Source of the DNA: Nanohaloarchaea archaeon B1-Br10_U2g21
GTDB lineage: Archaea > Nanohalarchaeota > Nanosalinia > Nanosalinales > Nanosalinaceae
DNA length: 64,000 nt
NCBI GenBank assembly: GCA_001563915.1
Contig: LKMP01000001.1
Span: 48,604-112,603, forward strand
Direction: 5' to 3'
The position numbers and the translations under genes are program-made. The notes under the pieces are model-generated. The model did no database searches. It saw only the letters and a program-made list of their open reading frames with translations, and had not been told where the DNA came from. Position 1 is the first letter of the stretch. The number at the start of each line of letters is the position of its first letter. Below are positions 20,063-30,677 of the stretch, one piece after another.

Positions 20063-22744
20063 ATGACTATTGAACTGGTAGAAGGGGATGGTCAGGATAG
20101 GTTGCCTGAAGAGTTCAGACCTTATGTAAAGGAGTGGTTCAATTCGGAGTTCGAAAATTTGAGTCCTCCGCAAAAACATTCATTTCAACTTATACACGAA
20201 AAAGAGAACTCATTAATTTGTGCTCCTACCGGATCTGGAAAAACGCTTTCAGCATTCCTCTCCGCCCTAAATAATCTTTTTGAGAAGGGTGAGAAAAAAG
20301 AGCTAGAGGACAAAATATATACCGTGTATGTATCTCCTTTAAGAGCACTAAATAATGACATAAAGAGGAATCTTGAGGCGCCTCTACAAGGAATACTTGA
20401 AAAAGCAGAGGAAATGGGATATGAAGTTCCCGAAGTACGAAGTGCAGTAAGAACAGGCGATACAACTGATGCAGAAAAAGCTGCAATGCGGAAAAAACCA
20501 CCTCATATACTAATCACTACGCCTGAGTCTCTAGGAATTGTGCTTAGCTCACCAAAATTCAGAGAAAACCTTAAAGATGCAGAATATATGATAGTAGACG
20601 AAATTCACTCGCTTTCAGAAAATAAGAGAGGCGTACATCTTTCACTATCGATGGAGAGGCTTCAAGAACTTTCTGAAAATAATCTAACGAGGATAGGTCT
20701 ATCAGCTACACAAGCTCCTATAAAGGATATAGCAAGTTATCTTGTAGGATTTGATGTTGAGGAGGAAAATTGGGATTATGAGACTGATTATGGCACTATA
20801 GTAGATATGGCCGAGGAGGCCTCAAAGGATGAGTTTGATACAAGAGGATGTAAAATTGTAGATGTTTCTGCATCAAAAGAGATTGATATTGAAACTATTT
20901 CGCCTGTTAGAGATCTAATCTATACGGAGAGTGGAGAAGTACATGAAGCGATGTATGACAAGATAAATAATTTGATTCAAACTCATGAATCTACTCTAAT
21001 ATTTACTAACACAAGGAGCGCCACTGAAAGAGTTGTAAACAACTTAAAAGAGCGCTTCGATGACTACAACGATAATATAGGAGCACACCACTCTTCAATG
21101 TCTAGAGAGGAAAGACTTGAAGTAGAAGAAAAACTGAAGAAGGGGGAGATGAAGGTGGGGGTCACTTCAACGTCACTGGAATTAGGAGTAGATATAGGAG
21201 CTGTAGATCTCGTTATACAGATAGGATCGCCTAAAGGGGTAGCTAGAGGAATTCAGAGAATAGGGCGGTCGGGACATCAGATAGGAAAAAAAGCAAAAGG
21301 AAAAATGCTGGTGGTTGATAGAGATGAAGCTTTAGAATGCTCAGTACTAACAAAATGCGCGAGAGAAGATGACCTTGACAGAATTCAAATACCGGAAAAT
21401 TGTTTAGATGTTTTAGCGCAGCAAATTGTGGGTATGGCATGTGATCACAGATGGAGTATTGATCACGCCTACAATATCATAAGAAAGAGCCACTGCTATA
21501 GAAATCTGACAAGGGAGGACTATGACTCAGTGCTACAGTATCTAGGAGGAGAGTTTGAACTAGAAGATCAGAATGTCTACAGGAAGATATGGCTCAACAG
21601 AGAGAAAGGTCTTTTAGGGCGTTCAGGAAAAATGACACGGGTAATATACATGACTAACATTGGTACAATTCCTGATGAGACAGGATATGAAGTTGTTACT
21701 CGTGGAAGCAAGAACTTTGTTGGTAGTCTAGATGAAGAATTTCTTGACCGGCTGACAAAAGGAGATATATTCACGCTTGGGGGAAATACTTACCAATTCA
21801 GCTATGCTCGCGGAATGAAAGTGTATGTCGATCCTAAACCTAAAAGCAGACCTACAGTACCATCATGGTACTCCGAACGCCTGCCTTTAAGCTACGACTT
21901 AGGCATCAGAATAGGAGAATTCCGTGAAAAAATTGCAAAACAGCTTAAGATGAATGCTTCAAGAGATGAGATTATTCAATGGATTATGCATAACTACTAT
22001 CTTGATGAGTATACTGCTGAGGCAGTCTATAGCTATATAGGAGAACAATACCGATTTGCTGGCACAGTAGCCACGCACAATAGTATAACAGTAGAAAAAT
22101 ATATTGATGAAGATAACAGGCAAAACTTGATATTTCACACTATTTATGGGAGAAGAGTTCATGATGCGCTAGCACGTATAATGGCTCATATACTCCAGAA
22201 AAAGTACGGGTCGAATATTGGAATGGTGATTGATGATAATGGATTCATACTGAGGACTCCCAGAAGGCCTGTAGACCTTGATTCGCTTTTTGAAGAGCTC
22301 CAGAAGTGCGATCCGTATAAAGAACTGAAAGAAGCAGTAGGTAAAACTGAACTTATGAAGAGAAGATTTAGACATGTGGCAGGCAGGTCATTGATGATAC
22401 TGAGGAGCTATAAGGGTGACTCAAAGACTGTTGGTCAACAACAGATGAAAGGCCATTTTTTGATTTCAACTATCAGAAACCGGTATTCGGAAGAGTTTCC
22501 GATGATAAAAGAAACTTATAGAGAAATTATGGAAGACGCGATGGATTTGAATAATGCGGAAAAAGTGATTCAAGGCCTTAGGGAAGATGAGGTAAAATGG
22601 ACTCGATTTGAACCTGAAGTACCGTCGCCTTTCAGTCACAACTTATTGTTGCAAGGGAGTACTGATGTGATAAAGATAGAGGATAGGCAAGAAAGACTGA
22701 GAAAACTTCACGAACAAGTGATGGAGAGAATACAACAACAATAA
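20063..22744 (+). CDS. lhr: Lhr family SF2 ATP-dependent helicase
   Basis: APTGSGKT, SPLRAL.ND, TTPESL, DEIH, GLSAT, QRIGRSGH, IGTIPD. Confidence 0.94.
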   Translation: MTIELVEGDGQDRLPEEFRPYVKEWFNSEFENLSPPQKHSFQLIHEKENSLICAPTGSGKTLSAFLSALNNLFEKGEKKELEDKIYTVYVSPLRALNNDIKRNLEAPLQGILEKAEEMGYEVPEVRSAVRTGDTTDAEKAAMRKKPPHILITTPESLGIVLSSPKFRENLKDAEYMIVDEIHSLSENKRGVHLSLSMERLQELSENNLTRIGLSATQAPIKDIASYLVGFDVEEENWDYETDYGTIVDMAEEASKDEFDTRGCKIVDVSASKEIDIETISPVRDLIYTESGEVHEAMYDKINNLIQTHESTLIFTNTRSATERVVNNLKERFDDYNDNIGAHHSSMSREERLEVEEKLKKGEMKVGVTSTSLELGVDIGAVDLVIQIGSPKGVARGIQRIGRSGHQIGKKAKGKMLVVDRDEALECSVLTKCAREDDLDRIQIPENCLDVLAQQIVGMACDHRWSIDHAYNIIRKSHCYRNLTREDYDSVLQYLGGEFELEDQNVYRKIWLNREKGLLGRSGKMTRVIYMTNIGTIPDETGYEVVTRGSKNFVGSLDEEFLDRLTKGDIFTLGGNTYQFSYARGMKVYVDPKPKSRPTVPSWYSERLPLSYDLGIRIGEFREKIAKQLKMNASRDEIIQWIMHNYYLDEYTAEAVYSYIGEQYRFAGTVATHNSITVEKYIDEDNRQNLIFHTIYGRRVHDALARIMAHILQKKYGSNIGMVIDDNGFILRTPRRPVDLDSLFEELQKCDPYKELKEAVGKTELMKRRFRHVAGRSLMILRSYKGDSKTVGQQQMKGHFLISTIRNRYSEEFPMIKETYREIMEDAMDLNNAEKVIQGLREDEVKWTRFEPEVPSPFSHNLLLQGSTDVIKIEDRQERLRKLHEQVMERIQQQ

Positions 22745-22774
22745 ATTCATGCCTTACAAAATCAAATTAAGAGA

Positions 22775-24283
22775 ATGATAGATGCAGTGACATCTTTGTT
22801 GGCTAATGCATTTCTAAACCCTATAGGCCTACTAGCCTTGCTAACATTGATACCTCTAGCTTATTTTTATCTGACGAAACCAGAGCCAGACAGACTGGTT
22901 ATGCCGTCTATAGATTTCTTTATGGAGGATGAAAAAGAGGGAAAACTTAACCATGCGTTTAACACACTTCGGAAAAATATTGTTCTGATATTAAATATTT
23001 TATTTATCATCTTAGCGGCTTCGGCTGTAGCAGGTTTGCATACTAGTTCTTCCGGAACAGATGAAACAGTGATAATATATGACAGATCGGCGTCAATGCA
23101 TGAAGAACATGCTGAATCAGTATCTACAGTTCTTGAGAATGCTGGATCAGAAAATGTGATAGTAGATACTGGAGAGCAAATACATGTTGAAGAAGGCCTC
23201 AACAGGCAAGATGCAGCAGACTATATCAGAAATAATCCTCCTGAAAATGAGGGTTCCGATCTCAGAACTGCTCTTCAGCGAGCAGAGGCGTATGAAGGAC
23301 AGATAATACTTTTATCTAATCTAGATGAAGATCAAAGTTTGATAGAAGATTTTGAACTACTTGCAGAGAATAGAGGCCTTGAACAGATTGATTACAGTTC
23401 TGAAAACCATTGGGGATTTGTAGATATATCAGAAGATTATGCAGAAATCAGAAACTATCGTAATACTGAGGTATCTATTGATTTACAAATCAATTCCGAT
23501 CAACAGGAGGTAGAAATACCTGCTAGAGAGACTAGAAGGATTGATTTGGAACTTGATGAAGGAGAAAATATTCTAGAATTACCTCAAGATGGATTTTCTC
23601 TCGATAATACTGCATATGTATACGTTCCTGAGGATGAAGTGGCGTCTGTAGAAATAAAAGGCCCTGAAAATCCTTATATTGAAACAGCGATTGATTTAAT
23701 GGATAATTTTGAGAATTCTAATGAAGGAGATATATTAATTATGAATGAGGATGCAGATATGCCTGATAGGCCTGCAGTATTTATGCAGGGAAGTAGTGAT
23801 GCATGGTCTTCTGGAAGTTCTGAAACGAAAGAAGTACAAGTAGAGGGAGATATCAATTTCATAGTTGAAACAGAAGTTTATGAGGCTAATGAAACCGATG
23901 AAACATTTTCTGAGCCAGAACACGCACTTTTTAGGGATGGTGACAAGTTTTACTACAATATTGACGATGAAGACTTTAGACAGGAATTTGTATACCCTGT
24001 ATTCTGGCAAAATATGTTAGAACAGATAACAGAAAGAAATTCGTTTGAAGATGCTAACTTTGATCTAAATTCTGTTGAAGAAACAGAGCCAGGATTCTAT
24101 AATAATGAATATGCAGTAAACTTTCTCGATGAACAGCAGGCCGACTTAGAATTTAATGAAATCGAAACTTCTGATACAGAATTTCAAACTCCGTTAAACC
24201 AGGCAAGCATACTAGCTATGTTATTGCTGGTGCTTATAGGTCTTGAAACGATATTACTACTTGATAGAGGGGTATATGAATGA
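22775..24283 (+). CDS. BatA-domain/vWA membrane protein
   Basis: N-terminal NPIGLLAL..IPL..Y....P..MPS (BatA-like), MIDAS-like DRSASM, C-terminal TM. Confidence 0.8.
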   Translation: MIDAVTSLLANAFLNPIGLLALLTLIPLAYFYLTKPEPDRLVMPSIDFFMEDEKEGKLNHAFNTLRKNIVLILNILFIILAASAVAGLHTSSSGTDETVIIYDRSASMHEEHAESVSTVLENAGSENVIVDTGEQIHVEEGLNRQDAADYIRNNPPENEGSDLRTALQRAEAYEGQIILLSNLDEDQSLIEDFELLAENRGLEQIDYSSENHWGFVDISEDYAEIRNYRNTEVSIDLQINSDQQEVEIPARETRRIDLELDEGENILELPQDGFSLDNTAYVYVPEDEVASVEIKGPENPYIETAIDLMDNFENSNEGDILIMNEDADMPDRPAVFMQGSSDAWSSGSSETKEVQVEGDINFIVETEVYEANETDETFSEPEHALFRDGDKFYYNIDDEDFRQEFVYPVFWQNMLEQITERNSFEDANFDLNSVEETEPGFYNNEYAVNFLDEQQADLEFNEIETSDTEFQTPLNQASILAMLLLVLIGLETILLLDRGVYE

Positions 24284-26469
24284 TAGGTTTTGAAAATCCT
24301 GAACTAATGTTGTTATCGCTTTTGTTACTGCCTCTAATAGTCCGATCGCTTAAATTCAGGCCTTTGAAGAGAATTATAGCTATTTTAACAGTTTTAGCTG
24401 CTTTTTCGCTTATAACTGCTGCAGCAGGGATGGGTATAAGCGCTGAAGAAACTGGCAGCGAAGTAGCTGAGTTAGTTTTGGTTGAAGATCAGTCTATGTC
24501 CTCACAGCTCATAAATAAAGAAGATCTTGAAGCTGAAGATGTAGTTTTTGATCGCCGAACAGTAAATTCAGATAGAGAAAATTTTGATAGCCAAGTAGAA
24601 AATCTTTTAGAACCTAATGAAACTTATCTGTTTGTATCAGATCTTCAAACAGATATTAATGGCATTGACCAGTCTTTTGAAGAAAAAAATGCATCAGTCA
24701 ATCTATTGAGAGAAGAAATGGAAGAAGAACATTCAATAGTTATTGAAGGGCCTGATGAAGCAGTTATAGGTGCAGAAAATAGTTATACAGCGCAGGTAAG
24801 TTCTACAAATGGTACTACTTCAATGACAGTAGGTAAAGGAGAGGAGGTAATATATAGTGGTACGGAGGAAGAATACGAGTTTGATCTTACTTTTGATGAG
24901 CCTGGATATGAACAGATATGGGCGGAAATAGAGGCTGATGATGTTTATGGAGAAAACAATGAATATTTCAAAACTGTAAAGATAAGAGAAAAACCTGAGC
25001 TACTTGTAATAGGTGGAGAAGGCTCACTTGAGACAGAGCTAGAAGAATTCTATGAGATAGATTATGCATCCACAGCTCCAGAATACGTAGAAGAGTACGA
25101 TACTGTCTTGATGAAAGAGTCACAGGATAATCAGGAGCTCAGAAATTACCTAATAGAGGGAGGAGGACTAGTATATACTGGAAATGACTACAATGCGGAT
25201 TATATTCCGGTAAATGATGCGGAGATGGAAGAAGAAACAGATGCTGCTACACTAATAGTCCTTATAGATATCTCGGTTGGTGCGGGCGAATATGGGGCGG
25301 CGGAGGCTGCAAAAAGTATATCTCATGAATTAGTTGATAGCTTGCCATCAAATACTAGATTAGGAGTTGTGGCATACAATGATTATTCGTATGATGTGAT
25401 TGATCCAGTTCTATTATCTGAAGGAAGAGAAGAAGCTAAAGATAAGATATCTAGGCTAGAACCAGGAGGCCCAACGTTCCATGATAGAGGTATGAGAGGG
25501 GCCAATTCTATGATAAGAAATAATGATATTGAAGACGGAAATATTGTGATGTTAACAGACGGAAAAATTTCAGATCTTGCAGAGAGAAGAAATGTGGCTC
25601 GAGAAACACAGCGAGAGGTGTCGCGTTCGTCTGCTCGTCTCATAACAGTAGGAGTAGGAGAGGAATTTCCAAGAGAGCTTGAAGAAGAAGACCGAGAATT
25701 TCTCACTGATTTAGCTGAGAGAACAGAAGGAGGGTTCTATGTAGAAGGCCATTCTGCAGAACAATTAGAATTTACATTTGATGCAGGAGACGGAGCCGGC
25801 GAAATGAATCCATTGGCTATAACCGACTCCACACATTTCATAACTAGAGGACACACTACAGAAGCATCTATTATAGATATGGATGGTTCAGAAACTAAGT
25901 CGGGAGCTAATGAATTGGTAGAAACTGTAGAAGGACAACCATTTCTCACAACTTGGCGATATGGTACAGGACGAGTAGCAGCATTTTCAGGGGATAACCA
26001 AGATATGGAAGAGCTCATGGATCAAGATCCAGGTCTGGCGGGCAGAACTTTTTCTTGGACTACTGGTCCAATGGAACGTGATAAGTGGATTGAGGGAGAG
26101 ACAGTACGAGATGACTTCAGGATATACTCTCGAGAACAGGAAGAAGGATTTGTAAGACAGTCAGAAGAAAGGTATTATAATGAACTTAGTCATAACGAAA
26201 CAGGATTTTATGAAGAGTCAGGCGTAGAATATTCGGTCAACTATAGGCCCGAACTACAACAACTTGGTTATAACGAGGAGGTGTTCTCAGAGTTTACTGT
26301 AAATGGCCAGGTATATCAGCCAAACCAGATTGAAACTCTCTATGAGCAGCTGGATACGCAAGAGCAGACTTCAGATAACAGAATTGATCTAAGGCCTTAT
26401 CTATTACTGGCAGCTTTAGTATTTTACCTATCTGCTGTAAGTATAAGAAAAAGAAAAGGTCTTGCATAA
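24280..26469 (+). CDS. vWA-domain membrane protein
   Basis: FENP N-terminus, DQSMSS and DISVG, LTDG, WRYGTGRV, C-terminal TM. Confidence 0.8.
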   Translation: MIGFENPELMLLSLLLLPLIVRSLKFRPLKRIIAILTVLAAFSLITAAAGMGISAEETGSEVAELVLVEDQSMSSQLINKEDLEAEDVVFDRRTVNSDRENFDSQVENLLEPNETYLFVSDLQTDINGIDQSFEEKNASVNLLREEMEEEHSIVIEGPDEAVIGAENSYTAQVSSTNGTTSMTVGKGEEVIYSGTEEEYEFDLTFDEPGYEQIWAEIEADDVYGENNEYFKTVKIREKPELLVIGGEGSLETELEEFYEIDYASTAPEYVEEYDTVLMKESQDNQELRNYLIEGGGLVYTGNDYNADYIPVNDAEMEEETDAATLIVLIDISVGAGEYGAAEAAKSISHELVDSLPSNTRLGVVAYNDYSYDVIDPVLLSEGREEAKDKISRLEPGGPTFHDRGMRGANSMIRNNDIEDGNIVMLTDGKISDLAERRNVARETQREVSRSSARLITVGVGEEFPRELEEEDREFLTDLAERTEGGFYVEGHSAEQLEFTFDAGDGAGEMNPLAITDSTHFITRGHTTEASIIDMDGSETKSGANELVETVEGQPFLTTWRYGTGRVAAFSGDNQDMEELMDQDPGLAGRTFSWTTGPMERDKWIEGETVRDDFRIYSREQEEGFVRQSEERYYNELSHNETGFYEESGVEYSVNYRPELQQLGYNEEVFSEFTVNGQVYQPNQIETLYEQLDTQEQTSDNRIDLRPYLLLAALVFYLSAVSIRKRKGLA

Positions 26470-26504
26470 CTGTCCTAAACGTTAAAACCAAGCTCTCTAA
26501 AAAC

Positions 26505-27026
26505 ATGTATATGGGAGTTTTTGATGATATAAAGGACTCTGTCACTAGTTCTGAGAAAAATGATTCTAGAGAAGGCCAACGTAAAACTAAGAGTTTCACT
26601 GATACAGATTTCGATAGCTCTTCAAACTTTCAAGCTGATTCTTTAGACTCTCAACTAAGGGATAATACAGGCCCTTCTAATCAGAAAACTAGGCCGCAGC
26701 AGCGCCAACAGCAAGGACAACGAAATCGGAAAAACCCGCAACGAGGAGGTAATAGATCTCCTAATGCTCAAGCGGGTAGGCCTCAAACGGGGAGCGATCA
26801 GCCTCAGCTCAGTCAGAGTACTCAGAAGAAGATGGAGAACGCAGGTATTGGGCCTTCTCGTAATCAGAATCAAGACCCAGGTCGTATTAGTAACAACGCT
26901 ATTGGCGGTGAAAAGAAGCAATCTGTATCAGCGTCTAGAGATGAATTTGAAGAATTAAAGGCGCAAAATGAGCAAATAATAGAAATTTTGAAGAGAATTA
27001 ACAGTTCTTTACAAAGACTAGGCTAA
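26505..27026 (+). CDS. hypothetical low-complexity protein with C-terminal coiled coil
   Basis: Q/S/R-rich middle; RDEFEELKAQNEQIIEILKRI. Confidence 0.7.
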   Translation: MYMGVFDDIKDSVTSSEKNDSREGQRKTKSFTDTDFDSSSNFQADSLDSQLRDNTGPSNQKTRPQQRQQQGQRNRKNPQRGGNRSPNAQAGRPQTGSDQPQLSQSTQKKMENAGIGPSRNQNQDPGRISNNAIGGEKKQSVSASRDEFEELKAQNEQIIEILKRINSSLQRLG

Positions 27027-27338
27027 ATAATTAAGAATGGTGCTCATTCCCCAAAGACCCTTCAAGAAAAGTAATGCAGCTATCCAGTTTTGATAATCTA
27101 CAAGTATGGCTGGGTCGCCTGTAAACAGAATTGCGGCGCTTAGAATGTCTGCCATAGATCCTAAAAGGTTTAGGGGAGGCCAAGGAATGAAGTTAATTGA
27201 AATAAATGAATAAATGCCTTTGAAGTAGAGAAATCCTGCATGATAATGTAGAAAAGTTTCTGGTAGTGATGATGCTGTAAAAAGAATAAGAGTGGCTGAT
27301 AAAATGTCTATCAGCCCTAAAGGATCAAATCTGAACAT
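27018..27338 (-). CDS. small membrane protein
   Basis: Hydrophobic 106 aa with internal repeat (DILSA...FKG twice). Confidence 0.75.
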   Translation of the reverse strand: MFRFDPLGLIDILSATLILFTASSLPETFLHYHAGFLYFKGIYSFISINFIPWPPLNLLGSMADILSAAILFTGDPAILVDYQNWIAALLFLKGLWGMSTILNYLA

Positions 27339-27802
27339 TATTCAAGTTCTACTACGCGGTCCGCGGCGTTTTTTAGGGCTGTAGAGAAGCCAGGCTCCAT
27401 CCCCATAATCACTGTTTCTTTACCATGCTCTTTAGCCTTCTGGATTACAGGCAAAAAGTCTGTGTCTCGGCTTACGAGTACAACAATGTCTATATCGTCA
27501 TTGAAGACTGCTTCCATTGCATTCACAGCCATGTAGACATCTACATCACTTTCTTTAGCTTTTTCGCCCCCTAATCCCAGAGAAGCTTCAAATCCTTGTG
27601 AAACGATTGCTTCTATAAGTTTGTCGGATGCATATTGATTCAAAAAGACTTTACCAACTTTTATGTTTCCAAGTTCTTCTACAGTCTCTCTTAAACCATC
27701 TAAATCTAAATCAAACTCTTTTCTAACAACGTTAGGTCCATCAACGTAGACAGCCACGTTAGGCGATGTGTTAACACTTTCTTTAATTCTCTTTAAAACC
27801 AT
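27338..27802 (-). CDS. NYN domain protein (TIGR00288-like)
   Basis: [30 protein letters not shown]. Confidence 0.9.
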   Translation of the reverse strand: MVLKRIKESVNTSPNVAVYVDGPNVVRKEFDLDLDGLRETVEELGNIKVGKVFLNQYASDKLIEAIVSQGFEASLGLGGEKAKESDVDVYMAVNAMEAVFNDDIDIVVLVSRDTDFLPVIQKAKEHGKETVIMGMEPGFSTALKNAADRVVELE

Positions 27803-27868
27803 TTTTGTAACACTGGATAAACAAGCGAACCTTACACATTTAACATTATAACAAACAAGATTGAAATT

Positions 27869-28600
27869 CTAAATCGTATAAAATTTTGATGCATTATCAG
27901 TACATTTATTTGAAAGTTCTTTTAATGGAACATTCAAGAGTTGTGATGCCTTTTCAGCTATTTTAAAAGTATAGAGAGGGGTATTAGGCATTTGTTCCCC
28001 AAGGTAGGGAGAATCAGTCTCTAATAACAAATTATCTAATGAAACAATATCTAAAATATTTTGTACGTCTTTAGAATTAATTAATTGTCCTGTAACTCCA
28101 ATAAAATGATTTGAATTAACTATCTCTTTAGCTAAATTGGTAGAACCATTAAAACAGTGGAAAAAAGCATGTACATCATACTCTGAGACTATTTCAAACG
28201 ACTTTCTCTCGGCCTCCCGAGAATGCACTACTACAGGCAAACTCATATCCTCAGCTAAACTCAGCATCTCTCTAAAAACTTTTTTCTGATTTTCTCTGAT
28301 AGCTCTATCTTTTACGTGATAATGATCAAGACCTATTTCTCCAACAGCCAAAACATCTTTACGCCTTATCTGATTTTTTATTCGTTCAATTTCTGAAAAT
28401 TTTTCTATACTGCAAGGATGCACTCCCATACAATAACCAAGTTTTTCAGATGTTTCGGCAATCTCCAAGGCCTTCAAATTGTCTTCGGGACCACATCCTG
28501 CCAAAACAGCAAAATCCATTCTCTGCTCAATATCTTCAATTACCTTATTTCTGAACCCATCAAAATTATCAAAATGAAGGTGGCAGTGAGAATCAATCAT
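27869..28600 (-). CDS. tatD: TatD family nuclease
   Basis: DSHCH, GEIGLD, VHSRE, FHCF, LETDSPY. Confidence 0.93.
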   Translation of the reverse strand: MIDSHCHLHFDNFDGFRNKVIEDIEQRMDFAVLAGCGPEDNLKALEIAETSEKLGYCMGVHPCSIEKFSEIERIKNQIRRKDVLAVGEIGLDHYHVKDRAIRENQKKVFREMLSLAEDMSLPVVVHSREAERKSFEIVSEYDVHAFFHCFNGSTNLAKEIVNSNHFIGVTGQLINSKDVQNILDIVSLDNLLLETDSPYLGEQMPNTPLYTFKIAEKASQLLNVPLKELSNKCTDNASKFYTI

Positions 28601-29181
28601 CTTTTCTCTTTTTCCAGTCGAGCCTCTGTAGCTCCACGCTGACCCATATATTTTGCATCCATTTTTTCTCCATAAGGTCTATCTGCGTCAGAAGTCATAT
28701 TTTCAACCGCCATCTGACAAATTCTATCTTCAGGATAGATGGTTATAGGCACATTTCCCAGATTCTGAATTTCTAATGTGATTTGGCCCTCAAAACCAGC
28801 ATCCACAAAGCCTCCTGCGGCATGAGGGATCAGGCCCAAACGCGCATAACTTGAACGACCTTCAATTCTTGCTACCTTGTCTGTAGGTATATTGACTGTT
28901 TCTAAAGTTGTACCAATTACGAATTCTCCTGGATGTATTACTACGCCTTCCTCTGCAGACCGAGTCATTTTACGCTGCAAATTAGAGAAAGAATCCATAT
29001 CTTTAGTATCAATTGCCTTTACCTTTCTAGTCTCAAGAAACCCGAACTCATATCCGAGTCTTAGATCAATAGATGATGGTCCTATCTGAAGATCGTGGTC
29101 AACTTTAGGTCCATTCTCAGTATATACAAGCTTTTCATTGTTTACGAGCCTGAGCAGGTCTTTGTCGGAAAGTATGCTCAT
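28597..29181 (-). CDS. dcd: dCTP deaminase
   Basis: PSSIDLRLG, EGRSSYARLG, VDAGFEGQITLE, KYMGQ. Confidence 0.93.
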   Translation of the reverse strand: MSILSDKDLLRLVNNEKLVYTENGPKVDHDLQIGPSSIDLRLGYEFGFLETRKVKAIDTKDMDSFSNLQRKMTRSAEEGVVIHPGEFVIGTTLETVNIPTDKVARIEGRSSYARLGLIPHAAGGFVDAGFEGQITLEIQNLGNVPITIYPEDRICQMAVENMTSDADRPYGEKMDAKYMGQRGATEARLEKEKR

Positions 29182-29234
29182 GTACAGAAATTAACAATCA
29201 TATCTTTTATTCCTTCAACTTCTAAACAGTTTAC

Positions 29235-30677
29235 ATGAATCTTAACTTGTCATTAAAAACTCTCTTAACTTTCTTTATCATAGTTTTAATTGCTTCAACA
29301 GCATATGCTACAGCAACGCATGAGTTAGAACTCTCAGAGGACTATGTAAGTGCTAATACTACTTTAAAACTAGATTGTCAGTCTAACTGTCCATTAAATC
29401 TTTGGAATATTAATTACAACCTTCCTGAAGATTCTGAACTCATATACATAGGAGACTCAATAGGACAAATAGATGAATATAGCGTACAGAATGGGGTTGT
29501 GGATGCTTCTACTAATTCGGGCCCAGCTAGAGAAGAAGAGTACGTAGAAATATATTACAAAATTAATGAGCCTTCAGAAAAAGTAGTAGAAGAGCTTAAA
29601 ACTTACGAATTATCTTTTTCAGGCTTTGAAGATCAAGAAACAGCAGGAACTATAGAAAGCAGTGAGATTATATCTGCTTGGATTGCTCCGGGTTTTGAGG
29701 TTTCCTATCAGGAAGATGTACGTTTCAATGGTGAAGGGCCTTTGTCTATCAGTCTAAATGTGGGAGAGGGAAATAGAACAGAGTATTATGAAGTCTTTGG
29801 AGATAAACCTGAAGCTGACCTTGATAAAGCATACGAAATGGCTTTAGGTACTGTTGGGCATCAACAAAACTTCGAAAGATTTCCAATAGTATTTTATTCA
29901 AGTATTGACTATAGGAATGAAGTTTCTGAGTGGAGTGCTGGAGAGTATGGCGGAGGGCTTATCAAAATCAAGGAATCGGATGAATTGAAGCCTGTAGTAG
30001 TTCATGAAACTGTTCATGGCTTAAACCATGATTTATTGAGCTGGGATCAGACAGATAGCGCCTGGTTTGATGAGGGAGTTGCAACCCATGCTGAAGATTT
30101 GACAAGAGTAAGTTTAGAGGGAAGAAATAGGACTTCTGAACTTTTTGGAGATGACGTAAGTTTTCAAGATGAGGGGTATATCTATACAATTCCTCCGAGG
30201 GGAGATAGAGAGGAATTATGGGAGTATTATCAGTCAGAAGAAGACTCAATGAAACACTGGGCTCCTTCAAAGGGAAATCGAGAGTTTGGATACGCTTATT
30301 CTGAACTTATAGTCAAAAAATATGTCAAAAACGGAGGAGAACTAACTGAAATTTATGAAGAAGTAGACCCCGGAGTACAAATTGATAGTAATGAAGAAAA
30401 ATGGGATTTATACGGCAAACATCTCGACTTAAGGCCTTGTGAGAGAGAAAACAGAGCCGATTTTGACCATTGTCTTGATGAGATAAACCAGCATGAATTT
30501 GAAGTCCAAGCAGCATCACGCGTAAATGAAACAGATGAATTAGAGATTGAAAAAGTTGAAGTACCAGAAAGACAGGCTTTAGAAAACCCTGGAATAGCTC
30601 AGCAAATCATGCAAGAACTAAACCTGTTTTTGAACGCGTTCACAGATCTAGTGTCTAATTTAGGTGATAAAATCTGA
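29235..30677 (+). CDS. exported gluzincin-type zinc metallopeptidase
   Basis: Signal peptide; HETVH followed by WFDEGVA; YAYSEL. Confidence 0.78.
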   Translation: MNLNLSLKTLLTFFIIVLIASTAYATATHELELSEDYVSANTTLKLDCQSNCPLNLWNINYNLPEDSELIYIGDSIGQIDEYSVQNGVVDASTNSGPAREEEYVEIYYKINEPSEKVVEELKTYELSFSGFEDQETAGTIESSEIISAWIAPGFEVSYQEDVRFNGEGPLSISLNVGEGNRTEYYEVFGDKPEADLDKAYEMALGTVGHQQNFERFPIVFYSSIDYRNEVSEWSAGEYGGGLIKIKESDELKPVVVHETVHGLNHDLLSWDQTDSAWFDEGVATHAEDLTRVSLEGRNRTSELFGDDVSFQDEGYIYTIPPRGDREELWEYYQSEEDSMKHWAPSKGNREFGYAYSELIVKKYVKNGGELTEIYEEVDPGVQIDSNEEKWDLYGKHLDLRPCERENRADFDHCLDEINQHEFEVQAASRVNETDELEIEKVEVPERQALENPGIAQQIMQELNLFLNAFTDLVSNLGDKI

